NCBI GenBank assembly: GCA_003344405.1
Contig: NOWV01000249.1
Span: 1-64,000, forward strand
DNA from: Trichoplax sp. H2
Taxonomy: Eukaryota
DNA: 64,000 nt
Direction of reading: 5' to 3'
This document shows positions 24,981-38,101 of the stretch, in pieces (positions within the stretch are counted from its first letter, which is position 1; each line of letters opens with the position of its first letter). The translations under genes were made by a program, and so were the position numbers. The notes beneath the pieces were generated by a model. The model saw only the letters and a list, made by a program, of their open reading frames with translations. It was not told the DNA's origin and did no database searches.

Positions 24981-27900
24981 GAGAGAAGCAATGGCCAAGG
25001 AGAGAAACTGTTAGAATAGAGCCCGTGCAGGGGTGGTATAATATATATATAGGTAGAGCGTATACAAGAGTGTGCATAAAAGAAAATTTCTACACAAATA
25101 GATTATAATAATTGTTTTGCCGTGTAGATCAACTCTATGGTACAGTAATATGTAATATCTAATATACAATATATTCATAAGCTCGTGGAGGTATTATGAA
25201 TAATAATGATGTAGCTTACGGATGTTGTTGGCAGATTCCTTTTGTCTCATGGAATACAACTAGAAATTCAAACAAATAAGATTGGCATAGCCATAATCAA
25301 ATTTCATTGTCAATATAACCTATGCATTAAAAATATGTCCCATTACTAGAAGTCGTAGACAACAATATTAAAAGTAATTTAAATAGTATAAATAGGTAGC
25401 AAAAAAGATTGATTAATAACTTTGTATGATTTGCTAAATCGAATTCGAGTAGGTTTATCAATTTCAGGAATCGTCGACTTAACAATAATCACTACGGATG
25501 ACAAGGTAATGAAAATTTCTCCAAATTTCATCAAAATATAAACTGATTGAGGTGGCAGGTTTGATTTCCATGAAGTATTTTATCAACACAACTGGTATCG
25601 TTGATGAAAATATTCAGTTTGACGCTAAAATTGATATCTATTACTTGGAAATGTATTTCATCAACTGTATTCAATCGTTTCAATGAGTACATAGCAATAT
25701 CGGGATTTATTATTGCTAATCATAATTCAATGCACTTAACGCTTGCTTCTAGAGAGTTTAGCTGAGCTATTTTCAAAACACCGAGAGCTATGATCGTAAA
25801 GTTCTATCTAGCTCACAGGCTCTATGATGTTATACTGTGACATAGTTAGAAGGAATAGGCTCGTGAAGAACAAAAAATAACCTCTACAATTTAGTCGTAC
25901 ATTACCTCCATATATGAAAAATCTCATGGATTACAAAATACAAGCCGATCTACTATCAACGTATTGATTAAATCAATATATTATTGCATCTGCACGTAAA
26001 ATTGATTCAAACAAAAATTGAGAAATGTTTCAAAAGTTGCAAAAGTAATGTCAATTTTCTACGGGTACTAAGCTGTAATTTCTCACATTCTCGTTTAGCT
26101 ATCGATTTATGAATTGAAACGTTGTAATGACATACTCTAGAGATCAATTGGCAATGCTTATATAACCTATTTTATCGACAGATTATAAGTCTATCTCAAG
26201 CTTAGCTCGAGAATGAATTGACCCTAACTTACCTTCAGATGTAACTTTTTTGCTGCAGAGGGAAAGGAAGGACTTGTTAACGATGCTCAGGTTGCAAGAA
26301 AATGGCATGCAACATACAGTGGGAGTTGCACCGACTACTGCATTTTCATTATGACACGACTATATCAAAGGGTTAAATGTACCTTATTGCGCAATGATAG
26401 AACAAATGATAGCATTTAAATTGTTAACGACTTATCATTATATTGGTTTCTCATAAAAAAAGAGAAAAAAACTCAACATAATAACATCAGGTTGAGATTG
26501 TTACCATTCAATGCCATTGTTGATAATAAGTTTAATTCAGAGTCAATGTCAATTTCATGTAGAGTAGCACACTATCTATATTCCAATAAATCCGCATTAA
26601 ATTATGATTATTATCATGTCTAATATTATTGAACAACATAATATAAATGATGTTGTGGGAAACAATAGAAATTTCTACTTACCATCTTACTAGAATCTAT
26701 GACATCATGACTTTATTAGAAAAGTTATTATGGTAAATAGAAACTATCACAATAGTAATTACTATAATCGTATGGAGAAAAATGCCATTTGATTATGTTA
26801 GGAAAATACTCTAAATTTGCAATACAATACCAAGCGGATGAAAAGAGTTTTTAGATTCAATTTTGATTGGTGATTGTGTCATTACTACTGGTTTCTCATT
26901 AGCAGCTAGCGGCACTACCCAAGTGACAATCGTTTTACTGTTCCAAATGTCGATCAAGATGTCAATTTCTGGTAGACAGTGATGGACAAGATTGATACAG
27001 CAATTAGATAATATTGTATAGAAAAACTGGGGAGGGTAAAGAAAAGTAGGAAATAAAGGGTAAAATTGTATGCTAAATTTTATTCTGTATGCATAGAGTA
27101 ATAGTCAAGATCGTCAACAACTGGTTATCCACTGGCACAATATACTTTTACTAGCTATCACAGGTATGTGTTGGACTATCGACCGGATGGATAACAATTA
27201 TTAGCCAATGGTATTAAATAACGGTATTTTAATATGGCCGGTCGATTATGGCTTTTATTCTATCGTGTTGAATGTGTGTACTTTACTTGTTACAGGAATC
27301 AAGTTATTTTATAGAATATTCTCTTTAGTTAGCTTATGAATATTGCACTAATTGATTTTCTTGCATAATGTTCAAGTTTGAAACAAATAAAATGCTCTTA
27401 TAATATTTTAAAAATATCTAAAAAAAGTTGTTATCGTGTTGCCTATAAAATTGTCGTCATCGTCGCTCTAGTATTTGATAATATTGAATCAATATTATAT
27501 TGGATGCAAAACTATTTACCACTGTAATGGGCTATAAAAATATTTACTACCCTATCGAACATCTTCAACATCGCTATTTAACATTAAACCAGTAACCGGA
27601 ACTACTATATTTTTCATAGCATCCTATAATTCTATTGGCTAACATTAGCTTAATACTATCCACTTTTCCCATGCCAATTCTATTTCTACTACAATATGAT
27701 CCTACGGTGTTTGGTAGTATTAGTCTATTTAATTTCGATCCCAGCATCGATCGCTTTATACTTGTAATTCATATGCTAATATAATAGAGTTGTCAAGTAT
27801 CTTTCATTCTTGGCCATCCTCTACAAATGCCAACTTTCTAGGTATTCTTCTCATTTTTATTCAGTAGGTTGTCAGGAATCCTTCATGGCCTATTGTAATC

Positions 27901-29786
27901 AATTTACAATAATATCATTGTACAATATCCATTGTTATTCATGATGGGCTAGAATATTCAAATGAATATTATTGTAAATGGGTGTACTAATTTTTTTATC
28001 GTAATCCAACGTCAAAAGCTTTTAGACTACTTTACCGTAAAATGAGTTCTGCTTATCCGATGATTCTATTGATGGGAGTATTCTAGCCAATATGATTGGC
28101 ATTAAAATTGCAATTCTATTCTATCTAAACATTGTTATAACACTGATAGAGAAAAAGGATACTTTTCGTTTACAGCATAGAATGGCCTACAGTAAACGAC
28201 ACAGAGTACAAGACAATCTATTTATTTGAATTTTTATTTTTCCTTTGCTGTAAAGAATAGTAATCGATGCATGGGTTCTTTACTACGGATAGCTGACAGT
28301 AAAACTAGCTATGATCATTATATTATTTGTCAGTAACAATAGTCATATATTGGAGAAGGCATCGTAGTGTAAAATTCACCAGTAATATAATTCATCACAG
28401 TAAAATCAATAAACTTACCAATATATAGAGGGAGAAGATAGCAAACTACTAAGGCATCATTGTTCATGTCCCTTTTATCTTCTGCTATACAAACATGGCT
28501 ACTGAGATACCATGATTGGTTTTTTTTCACCTTTTTTCAATAGTATTCTTTATATAATATATTAGCGTTTGCGACATTATATTAAGCTAGACTACTATAA
28601 ACTCATCTCGACTTGTATTTATTTCGACCAAGTTCTTAGCACTACATTATATAGGATAGATACTGAAATCGACAATAATTCAAATTCAAAAGTAATATTT
28701 TACTGCACTGTAACATAAGTGCTTTGGGGGGAATACTTATACTTGCTGTAAACATGCATTGTGCAATGCTGATGTTGTCGTTATACAGAGTATTAAACCC
28801 ATCCGCTCTATTTTATCTGGTGAGTTTGACTTAGAAGTACGGAATCAAGTCCAGTGATGATTTCTGTCGAGTTTGATTCCATCTTTGCTGTTTATACATT
28901 AATAAAAATTTAATATTGTCAACCCAATCACAAATATATGACGATGATCTGTGTATTTATTTCTCCAATTCTATTTACCGATTGCAAGAAAAAAATTGGA
29001 GCCGTGTAGCGTCTCGGTGCGATCTGGATTATGAATTTCAATTTTCTTATAAAATTCTTACAAAAATACGCTAGGGCATTATATTTGTAAATTACCATTT
29101 TACCATTCATCCATTAAATTCTGTCGTCGGAATATAAGATAAAATTGAAATAGGGTATTCTAGTACAGTCATTCTATTGGTAATTATTTAGAAACAAATA
29201 AATATGCCTTGTATTGCTGTGTTAAGCAACGTATCAATCTGATTTCTCTCTGCCTTACCAGAACTCATCCTACATTTATTAGCCATGATTATGAGAAATT
29301 ATAGTTGTTAAACATTAATACAGTATGCTCGTATATATTTACTATTCACTAGGCATGATTAACTGTATTAAATTTAATATTAAAAATTGATTATTTATGT
29401 ATGAAATCGAATTTCCTATAATAGCTTATAGCAATAGAAGAAGATGAAATTACTATAATACAGATTGAAAATTTTTTAATATCTAAGATGATATTGTTTC
29501 TAAAGGTGTTACTAGAAAAGTTACAAATGGGTAGAATTAATGATAGCATTCACCCTGTAATAATATCGTAATGTCTCTCTTTCACTCTTATAATATCAAA
29601 GGATTAAAACTAGAAATCTCATTAAATATTAAAGTAATAACTAGATGCTCTTAAATTGTATAGACAAGAATTGCGATATACACTCAGAAGATGCATTCCA
29701 GCTAATATAACATTACCAGTTAATTTGCAACTAGTCTGCACAATCAGATATTTACCATCAGGCAAAAATTTTATTCTTAGTTCGTC

Positions 29787-30060
29787 AATGTAATAACGAA
29801 ATGGATATCAATAATTTTACAATTTAGGAAAGGTTATTATGGTACAGATGAACTCCGACATTATATCATCGAAATTTCAATGTAACATCGAAATAAATAT
29901 CAACAATTTTGCATCCTAAGTTAGGTTAATATAGTACAGATCAATTTAGATTTTCTCCAATCGAAACCTCAACGGGACAGCGAAATAAATATCAACAATT
30001 TTACATTCTAGGTTAAGTTATTGCGATACAGGTAAACCTAGACCTTCTTCGATCGAAACC
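29787..30060. repeat. Diverged tandem repeat, 3 x ~92 bp
   Basis: Motif caa..(n)..cgaaat..atatcaa.aatttt recurs at ~29787, 29878 and 29970. Confidence 0.75.
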
Positions 30061-33000
30061 TTTTCACTATCTTAGAGTGAGAAAGCATAAAAAATACTGA
30101 AATTATTTATTGAAATTTTAATTATGGACTTATAATATAGTTCTCATTAGAATTTTCTTTATTATACATTTTACAATAGCGTGGAAGTCTAATTTCCTTA
30201 ATGTATCAATTATATTAGAATTTCTTTCTCATATATTACCGTAAAAAATCATATTCCCCGGATGATAACACAACATTACTCGGAATAGTAGGATAATAAA
30301 GCATCGGCATTAAAATACTCTTCATAAGTATCAAGTTATTGTACTTATTTCTACTTCACTCAAGAAGTTCTATCATAATCAGCCTTAAAAACATTGATTA
30401 AAAAATTAATGCAATGTCTAGAACTAGTAGATACTCGAGAATATATATTAGTATTTGCTTGAAGAGTAGTTGTTCATCTGACCTAATATAAAATTTTCTT
30501 CAAGGTAATTGACGTTAACAGAAGAAATCAAACAAATTAATTAATAACTTTTGAGTTCGCTTAGAGGCAATTTAATCAAATCACTTATTTATGTTATACC
30601 CTGTCACAATAATATAATCTTCCAACTAACTTTAATAAAATTGTTCAAATTTTGTTATTCCTTATTCACTATCAAGACATAAAAGTTCTATCCAGCTATT
30701 ATCGACTTTCAATAAGGTACACCAATTTTGTTTTCTAGAAGTTATAATATTGAAATTTTTGAATACAATACGGTACTCAAAAGTCTAGACATTTTACAAC
30801 AATATTTCCTTTATACATTCCTATAATACCACATCATTTTAACGTTTATTAAAAACAAATAATACTACTAAACTTGACAACAATAGTATCTAATCATTAT
30901 AATAACAGACTCAGTTTAGCTATCAATATCTTCCACTAACCAGTAGCTTTTTCAATGATGAAAAACTTAGTCAGAATTGGAACCAGTAGTATTTTAAGAT
31001 TATTGAAAGCAAGCTTCTTTTGATTATCAGAAGTCTATTATGAGTAAGTATACAGCGGAAATAGGATTTGATAATGCCAATTTTTTTGTAACTCCTAAAA
31101 ACTTTTTATTAATCTTCACTGTTCGATTTCATTTATCACTTAAGTCCAATTAAAAGGTAACTAGATAGAATTTTATTTATTTCTAATGTACTTTGTACAG
31201 AAAAACTAAGATTTTTATCGTTTTAAACAGCCTAATTGGCTAAAATATAATATAAGCTATGATCTGAGAGTATCCATCTTGCTTCATGACACCTTTTTCG
31301 GCATAGTTATAAATACCCCCTAAATACTGTCTACCCTAACTATTTACCTGTTTATGTTAAATATCCTTGATAGAAGTAAAACTAAGATCAAAAATAAAAC
31401 ATATTATAGCGGTAGATTAGTTTGTAATTCTATGGAGATCATATTAGCTATTGGATAATATTTCGAAAAATTACTATTCTAGCCTAGGATTTGGAAATAA
31501 TCCAATATTTACTTCGGTCCCTTAATACTTGAGATCAATCTGTTATGTTGATTAAACTTCGTTACTACACTAGTATAGCATATCATATTGGTAATTACAG
31601 CCACTATTGTAGTTTCCTCAAAAAATAGTGAAATATTCCTATAAATCCATTTCATCTGCATCTTAAAGGCATGACTTTAATTATTAGCCCCGTGAATAGT
31701 AGTCTGGGAGCTATAACATTTGCAATTTGCTACCACGACCGATAGTTAAGAGACAGCAAATGTATGATAATAGTTTAATATCTCGATAATGTTGGCTAGA
31801 AATCGTGTTAACTAATCCGATCTATTATAAAATCGAGATCGAAATACATTTTAAAGTAGTCATTACATTTTTAAAGATTACACAGTTGTTATATTAAAAT
31901 TGAGAACTATCTACTGCGACATTTAAGTATACTGAAATGTATTCTATTAATTAAAAGCAAATGCTATATATAAACATCTATTTGTTGCAAACCACTGTGA
32001 TGATAATAACATGCTTTTCTCTTCTTTCACACTCGACAGGCTTCAAACAAATACTTTATTTATTTTTTCACACTTTTTATGAGATTCGTATATTTAAATA
32101 CCTATAGAAACGATATCAATCATCATTGAAAATTAGAGAGATTACAGTTACGGAAAATATTGCTATGTGCGTAATAGCAGTAATTTTATTTTTGTAACTC
32201 CTGTCTGAATACTGATATGCTTTAGCTATCTACCATCGGTACGCCTTGAGATTAATGCTAATAACTAATAACCATTTTGTTTGAATTTAGAGTCATGCTA
32301 TTCTTCAGCTATAGTTTTTTGTCCCCTATATCAGATATAAAAGGTATAGGTACTATCGCTTGACATAATTTTATGCAGTCTATGAGCTCTTCATTCTCTA
32401 AATTTCTATAATTTGTTCTGATAATGAAATGTTTTAAGAAATAAATAATAAATAAATTTTCAATATAGCTTGCGTTAAAGTTGTTGTTGTATCACTTAGT
32501 CTTCATAATGCGTTAAAATTTGCTATCTTCAATTATGGTACTCTTACAAACGTAATCAGATATCCATGGTATCCTTTAAGTCCTTCCAAAAAATTACTAG
32601 CTATCTACTTTTAGGTATTGATTGGATTAGATTGTAAATGTAGGTATTGTGATCATTAATGATGTATAATTAATAGTTTGGTTTGGAGAGAGAGATCAAA
32701 ATTAATAGATACTGGGGGTAATCATTGCATCTGCCAAGGTTATATATTATACTGTAGAGCTAGTATTAAAAAGTTAATGTACTGGCAGCAAAATTTGGAA
32801 ACTCTTACGCCTTATACGAGTATAATGTACAGTAGGAGAGAAATTTTTGAAAGGTTATGTTGCTATAGTAGCGTTACTAACAAGCTATGTAAGGGATAAT
32901 GATTCTTTAGAAACTCCCGCGTCAAGCTTTAGCGATTGAGAGATGAATAATCATATCATATTAACTTTATGAATATATTTCTATAAATTTATATATAAGC

Positions 33001-36000
33001 GAAAAAATTGAGCTTGATGCCAAATAGTTTTATGTTTCCCGAAACGTGAAAGCAAAATAAGGCAGCACATTACAAGATATGAAATTCAGATGCTCGCCAG
33101 AAGTCGAGAATCTAAACGAATACTTGTATCAGAATTTGCTGTCTATAGAACTACCAATTACCGTGTATTATCCTCTATTGCTCGTAAACTTAGCGCTGAA
33201 GAGAGTAACTACTAATTATTCGCGAGAAAGTTTATGTACCGTATTATAGGTTACCATAACTTACCTGCGGACAATGTAACGAAAGCAAAATCTTTCTACC
33301 ATAGGCATACAGCATTGATCCTACCAATAATGTCTGCTGGTTAATGAATATCTAGTAATAGCTGCACACTATACCAAAACAATTACTACTATTCCAATCT
33401 AACTGTCGATTTCTTAAGGTCATTTCTCATAATCATTTTATTTGAAAATACTCATTGGAGAAATCCAGTTTATTAACTGATTTTTTATATTCAGTATTTA
33501 TTTCACGGTATCGTTCTAATTTATTTTATTCGACGTATTTCAATGCCGTACCCTTGGAATATCATGAAAAGACTAATATATGGAATCAATTAATGAATTC
33601 CTATCATTTTGTTTATTAGAACCATCACGGCATTTTCGATAACCTAGAAATAATGACCGTAAACGCGAATTTTTTTAATTGATCTTATCTGATATAGCCT
33701 TTGCTACTAATCTTAATTATTTATTAGCACGTCCTATTGCTACATATAGTACTGTAAATGTTGATAAAAATAATGATATATTCAGAAACCCTGTAAACTA
33801 TGCTCGTTCATTATTCGATGCAGAAATACACTGCAATTAATGGTCCAATGATTAGCTAGCGAGAATTATGCCTGGAAAACGTTGGTATTGTACTAATTCT
33901 GATATAGTTACTGGATAAAAGAGTAGAGGACCAACGCTTTTCTCTAGCTGATATTGTTGATAATGAGATTTATATTAATTAATTAAATTCTATTACTAAT
34001 CAAATTATAAAAGTACGTCATAATCAATCAGCTTTTCTAATAGTTAACTCGATTGCTTCATCAAGGTGCGCGCCAGTATAATCCATTAACCAATGACGTC
34101 AAAACTCTCAATGGAAGCATGATTTATTCCCGAGTAAAAAAATGTGAAAGTCTTGATTTAATTTCTTTTATTTGCAATTGCAAGTAAATTTATCAAATCA
34201 AAGTTTGTAATCCCTCCCTGTTTCTCTACGTAAATTCAAGGAATTCATGCACTTAAAAAATTGCTGTAATTACATAACGCGCGAACTATAAACACAATAT
34301 TGTAATGAAAAGTAGCACCTCGACGGCTGGAATCCGTTAAGAAAGGAGCTATGAATGTAAATCCTTCTAAAATGATGTACAGTAGGATGCGTAAGGTGTA
34401 CAATAAGCCACCGACAGCAGCAGATCACTTTTCATACTAGTTTCAGGACAGTTCTCGACTGAAATCCTGACCTTAACCTTCAATGAAAGTAACTGTATAA
34501 CGCTGATTATTCAAAACCGTGCTGATTAGAGACCTAAATAGGTAACACTTGTGCAATAAATAAAAATAATATATACGTATAACATAAATTTTTATGATGG
34601 TTTTCCTAAAGTCTTGAACAGTAATCTTGATTGTAATCGTAAACGAAACCATATTGCAGGCTGGATAAGACCTGGAAGCATGGACTACGGTAGTCTAGTG
34701 GCTTAAATCCTCAACAAAGAGGTCTTTAATCATAAATCCTTTCAAAAAGATATCAAACATAAATAGTATCGAAGCCAATTTGCGCCATACAATAGAAGTA
34801 TGGACTAAATTTACATGTTAATTTGTAATTCACGTTTTCTACTTTGCCATCCCGAACATTGCTGTGTGCCGTCGCCCTGTAAGTATTGCACATCGTGCAA
34901 GATCTGGTGAAATAATTATTTATATGTTGTCATAAACTAATAAAATTTACGTAAAATATTAGCAGACTGGTGGAAAAATAAAGTTTAATTTTTTTAAGGT
35001 CCCTGAATTTGGCGTTTTATAACGTAGACTAAAGCATCTTACACTTTTCCTATCTGTATTACGAAATCAATGTCTATGGCTGTAGACTTGTGCAAAAAAG
35101 CAATTTTTATATTGGTTATTACAGTTTTACTCATGAGTGCCGTTTAAATGCGTAAATTACCCGTGGAAATATATATATGTGACCATTTTCTTAAAAGCAG
35201 TACTCGATTCTTACATAAGGAACTTATCGAGGGAAATTGTGCATACTGTTCGGTAATATTATTATTTAGATAAATTATTTATTGGATTAAATTTCGCTCA
35301 AACATAGTTACAATTCGCTATAGTTTGTGGATATAAAATAAATAGATAGTAACTATAATCTTTGGCAGTATTACATACATAGACTCTTTAAATGGCAAGG
35401 TGATCAATCACAGCAGTATAATAGATCAGTAAAACCTCATACAAGTTTTAGAGATAGAGTTCAATGATACTATCCTTTATAGTACAATTAAATGGTATTC
35501 TTTACCCGGCAAGGTGATTGCTTGATCAGAACTATAGTTTAACAAAAGTTTAATAGCTACTTTGAGCTAGGGACCAATGATATAATTATTAATAGTATAA
35601 TTATATAGAATTCTATAAAGGACACTAGAAGAATATCATGTGGCTATTTAGAACCGGAGATATAGTAGTTTTTAAGAAAGTCACGTAGCTGTTGAGCGTA
35701 TTAACCTCAATTTTCAGATTTTAAATTATGCTTTCCCTAAATTAAATCTTTGCTGCGGATTTCACTGCATCAAATTAAAGCGGAGGGTCTAAATTGATCA
35801 ATGATATCGTAAACGGGTAACCCAAAGTAATACTTAATTAGAAATCCATTAATTTTCTGAAATTAAGTCTTTTAGAATATCGTACAGCAGCAGCAGTTGA
35901 AGTTAAGCTGATGAACTCGAAACATTTTTTAATATAAGTCAATTCTCAGCTGAGATTTTTCGAATAGCGCATGATAATTGCCGTATGTTGGTAGAATTTA

Positions 36001-36620
36001 TCTTTCAGAAAGTATTCGGTACTTCGTGAGTAGAGAGAATGAAACAAATTTTATTAAAGATACAGCCACCGATATATCTTTCGTAAGGATCATAATTCTG
36101 TGCGAGTTTGGCTCATTACAAGCGAAGTTTAAACTATATCATATTGCTTAAAATGTTAAGTGCTAAATTATACAGATTCAGGTACAATAAATCAGTTCTG
36201 CTCATAAGTAACAGTAAATAGGGAACTTTTCTATGAAACCTTGTGTGGTAGCAAATATCTAGAATTATCATAAACGCTAAAATAAGAAAAAGCTGGCAGA
36301 TGATATACCATAGTTCGACTTTGTTGAATTTACACGGTTATTATCTTGTATCTTATAAGCTAAGTAATAACAAGAACAGAATCAAATAAAGCCTAGCTAA
36401 GCAATATATATCAAAAGCCAAGTAATGATGTATCAATACTTTGTTGAATTATTTTTCGAAGAGCTATTTACAGTTCCTTAAGCTTATCATCGGTCTCTAG
36501 TTGGCCAGGAAATTTTTAAATTATTCGAATTGAGGAAATAGGAATTAATTCAACGCACAACATCTATCGAGAATTAAGCTCTAGCTATTGAAAAGGTAAC
36601 TTTTAACCTATTTTCTGAGC

Positions 36621-38101
36621 CTATGTACGACGGACGACTTGAAGATAAACAGGATTCTTTGGAACCAACGTAAACTGGGCAACGGTAGGCAATGGAAATT
36701 CAGTTTTGTCGGAGATATTAAATCGTACTTTCAGTAATAATCGAGCTAATATCAATTTAACATTAATTAAGCCCAGTCTTTTACCCACGCAGCTCCTTGG
36801 GCCCTCACTAAATGGTAAAAAAGTTACAGTGGTAACGATTAGCGCTTTTATCAGATGAAAATTTTTCTGGAATGAATTTTTCTGGATCGAGGCCATAATT
36901 CTGGATCACTTTGAATAGCTTTGACAGCAACTGCCAAGCCTATACCTTTAGCTATTTGAACGCCATTGATCTCGAAGTCTTCTTTTGCTTCACGTAGATT
37001 AATATAACCTGGTGAGAATAATCCAATTGTTTCGTTGATTATCATGCTTATATATGTAAGACTATTTGCAGATTCATATGTTAGAGACCTATCAGAAGGA
37101 CATTTTTCATCTATTTCAGCAATTGCTCGATCTTGCACTTGTAAATGAGTGGCTAATAAATACGAAATGAATGTCAACGTTGAAGCTGTAGTATCATAGC
37201 CACCTACTAAAAATGTTAAACAATGTTGCATCGCATTATCATAGTTGATTTTTTGATTATTCTCAGCTTTTAATATTAAGGTCAGCATATCGGTACGATT
37301 TTCTTGGCGTCACTTTGAGGCATTTCATTACGTCTATCTGCAACAATCTGTCGTAAGGCTCTTGTGGCATTAATGATCGCGCTGATCCGGCGATGATTAA
37401 TTAGGAATTCCACGTACTTCATAAGAGTTGGCAATGCCATAGATATTGCTGTATTAAAATCTACAGTTGATGTGATAAAGGTAGATAAATCCTTTTCCAA
37501 TTGACTCTCCTGATGCTGCACATTAGATTCAACGCCGAATAAGGTAGCCATGGATACTTCCATGGTAGCGTTATAGTATAATCTCTTCACATCCATAACA
37601 GTTTGATCATTGTCCACTTTTTTCTAATATTATTTGCGATAATTTCTTACCTGCTTTATTAGTAAAAGCAATCATTTCGTTTAAATTCATTGATGAAAAT
37701 AGCGGAGATAAACTATCACGAGCTCTTTTCCACACTTCATCACAAGCTTGAAATAATCCAATTGATTTCCTATTGGCAGATGACAGGGATATGCGATTAA
37801 TGAATTTCTTAGATTGTGTAATTAATACTTTTTGTACCATATCGACATCTACAATATATAATACTGGATATTTTCCGTAATAACAACCAATAACTTTGCC
37901 ATATTTTTTAGCATTTATCGCCACACTTTCATGTCGCAGCTCGAATTTGATTTGGTAATCCAATAAATTACCGAAGATAATACTTGACTTAGGACCTGGT
38001 ATACCTCTCTTTGCGAAATAAGAGAATGGCTTAATATACTGATAATAGTAGAAGATTGCGGGTAGCAATATCGTTAATATTGTTGTGATGATTAGCAACA
38101 C
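36621..38101 (-). pseudogene. Intronless CYP3-clan cytochrome P450 pseudogene
   Basis: Full P450 sequence (GIPGPK, WKRAR, GGYDTT, PFSEGPRSCVG) split by four frameshifts at ~37618, ~37300, ~36891 and ~36818. There is no ATG start, K-helix ExxR reads ETIG and PERF reads PEKF. Confidence 0.88.
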
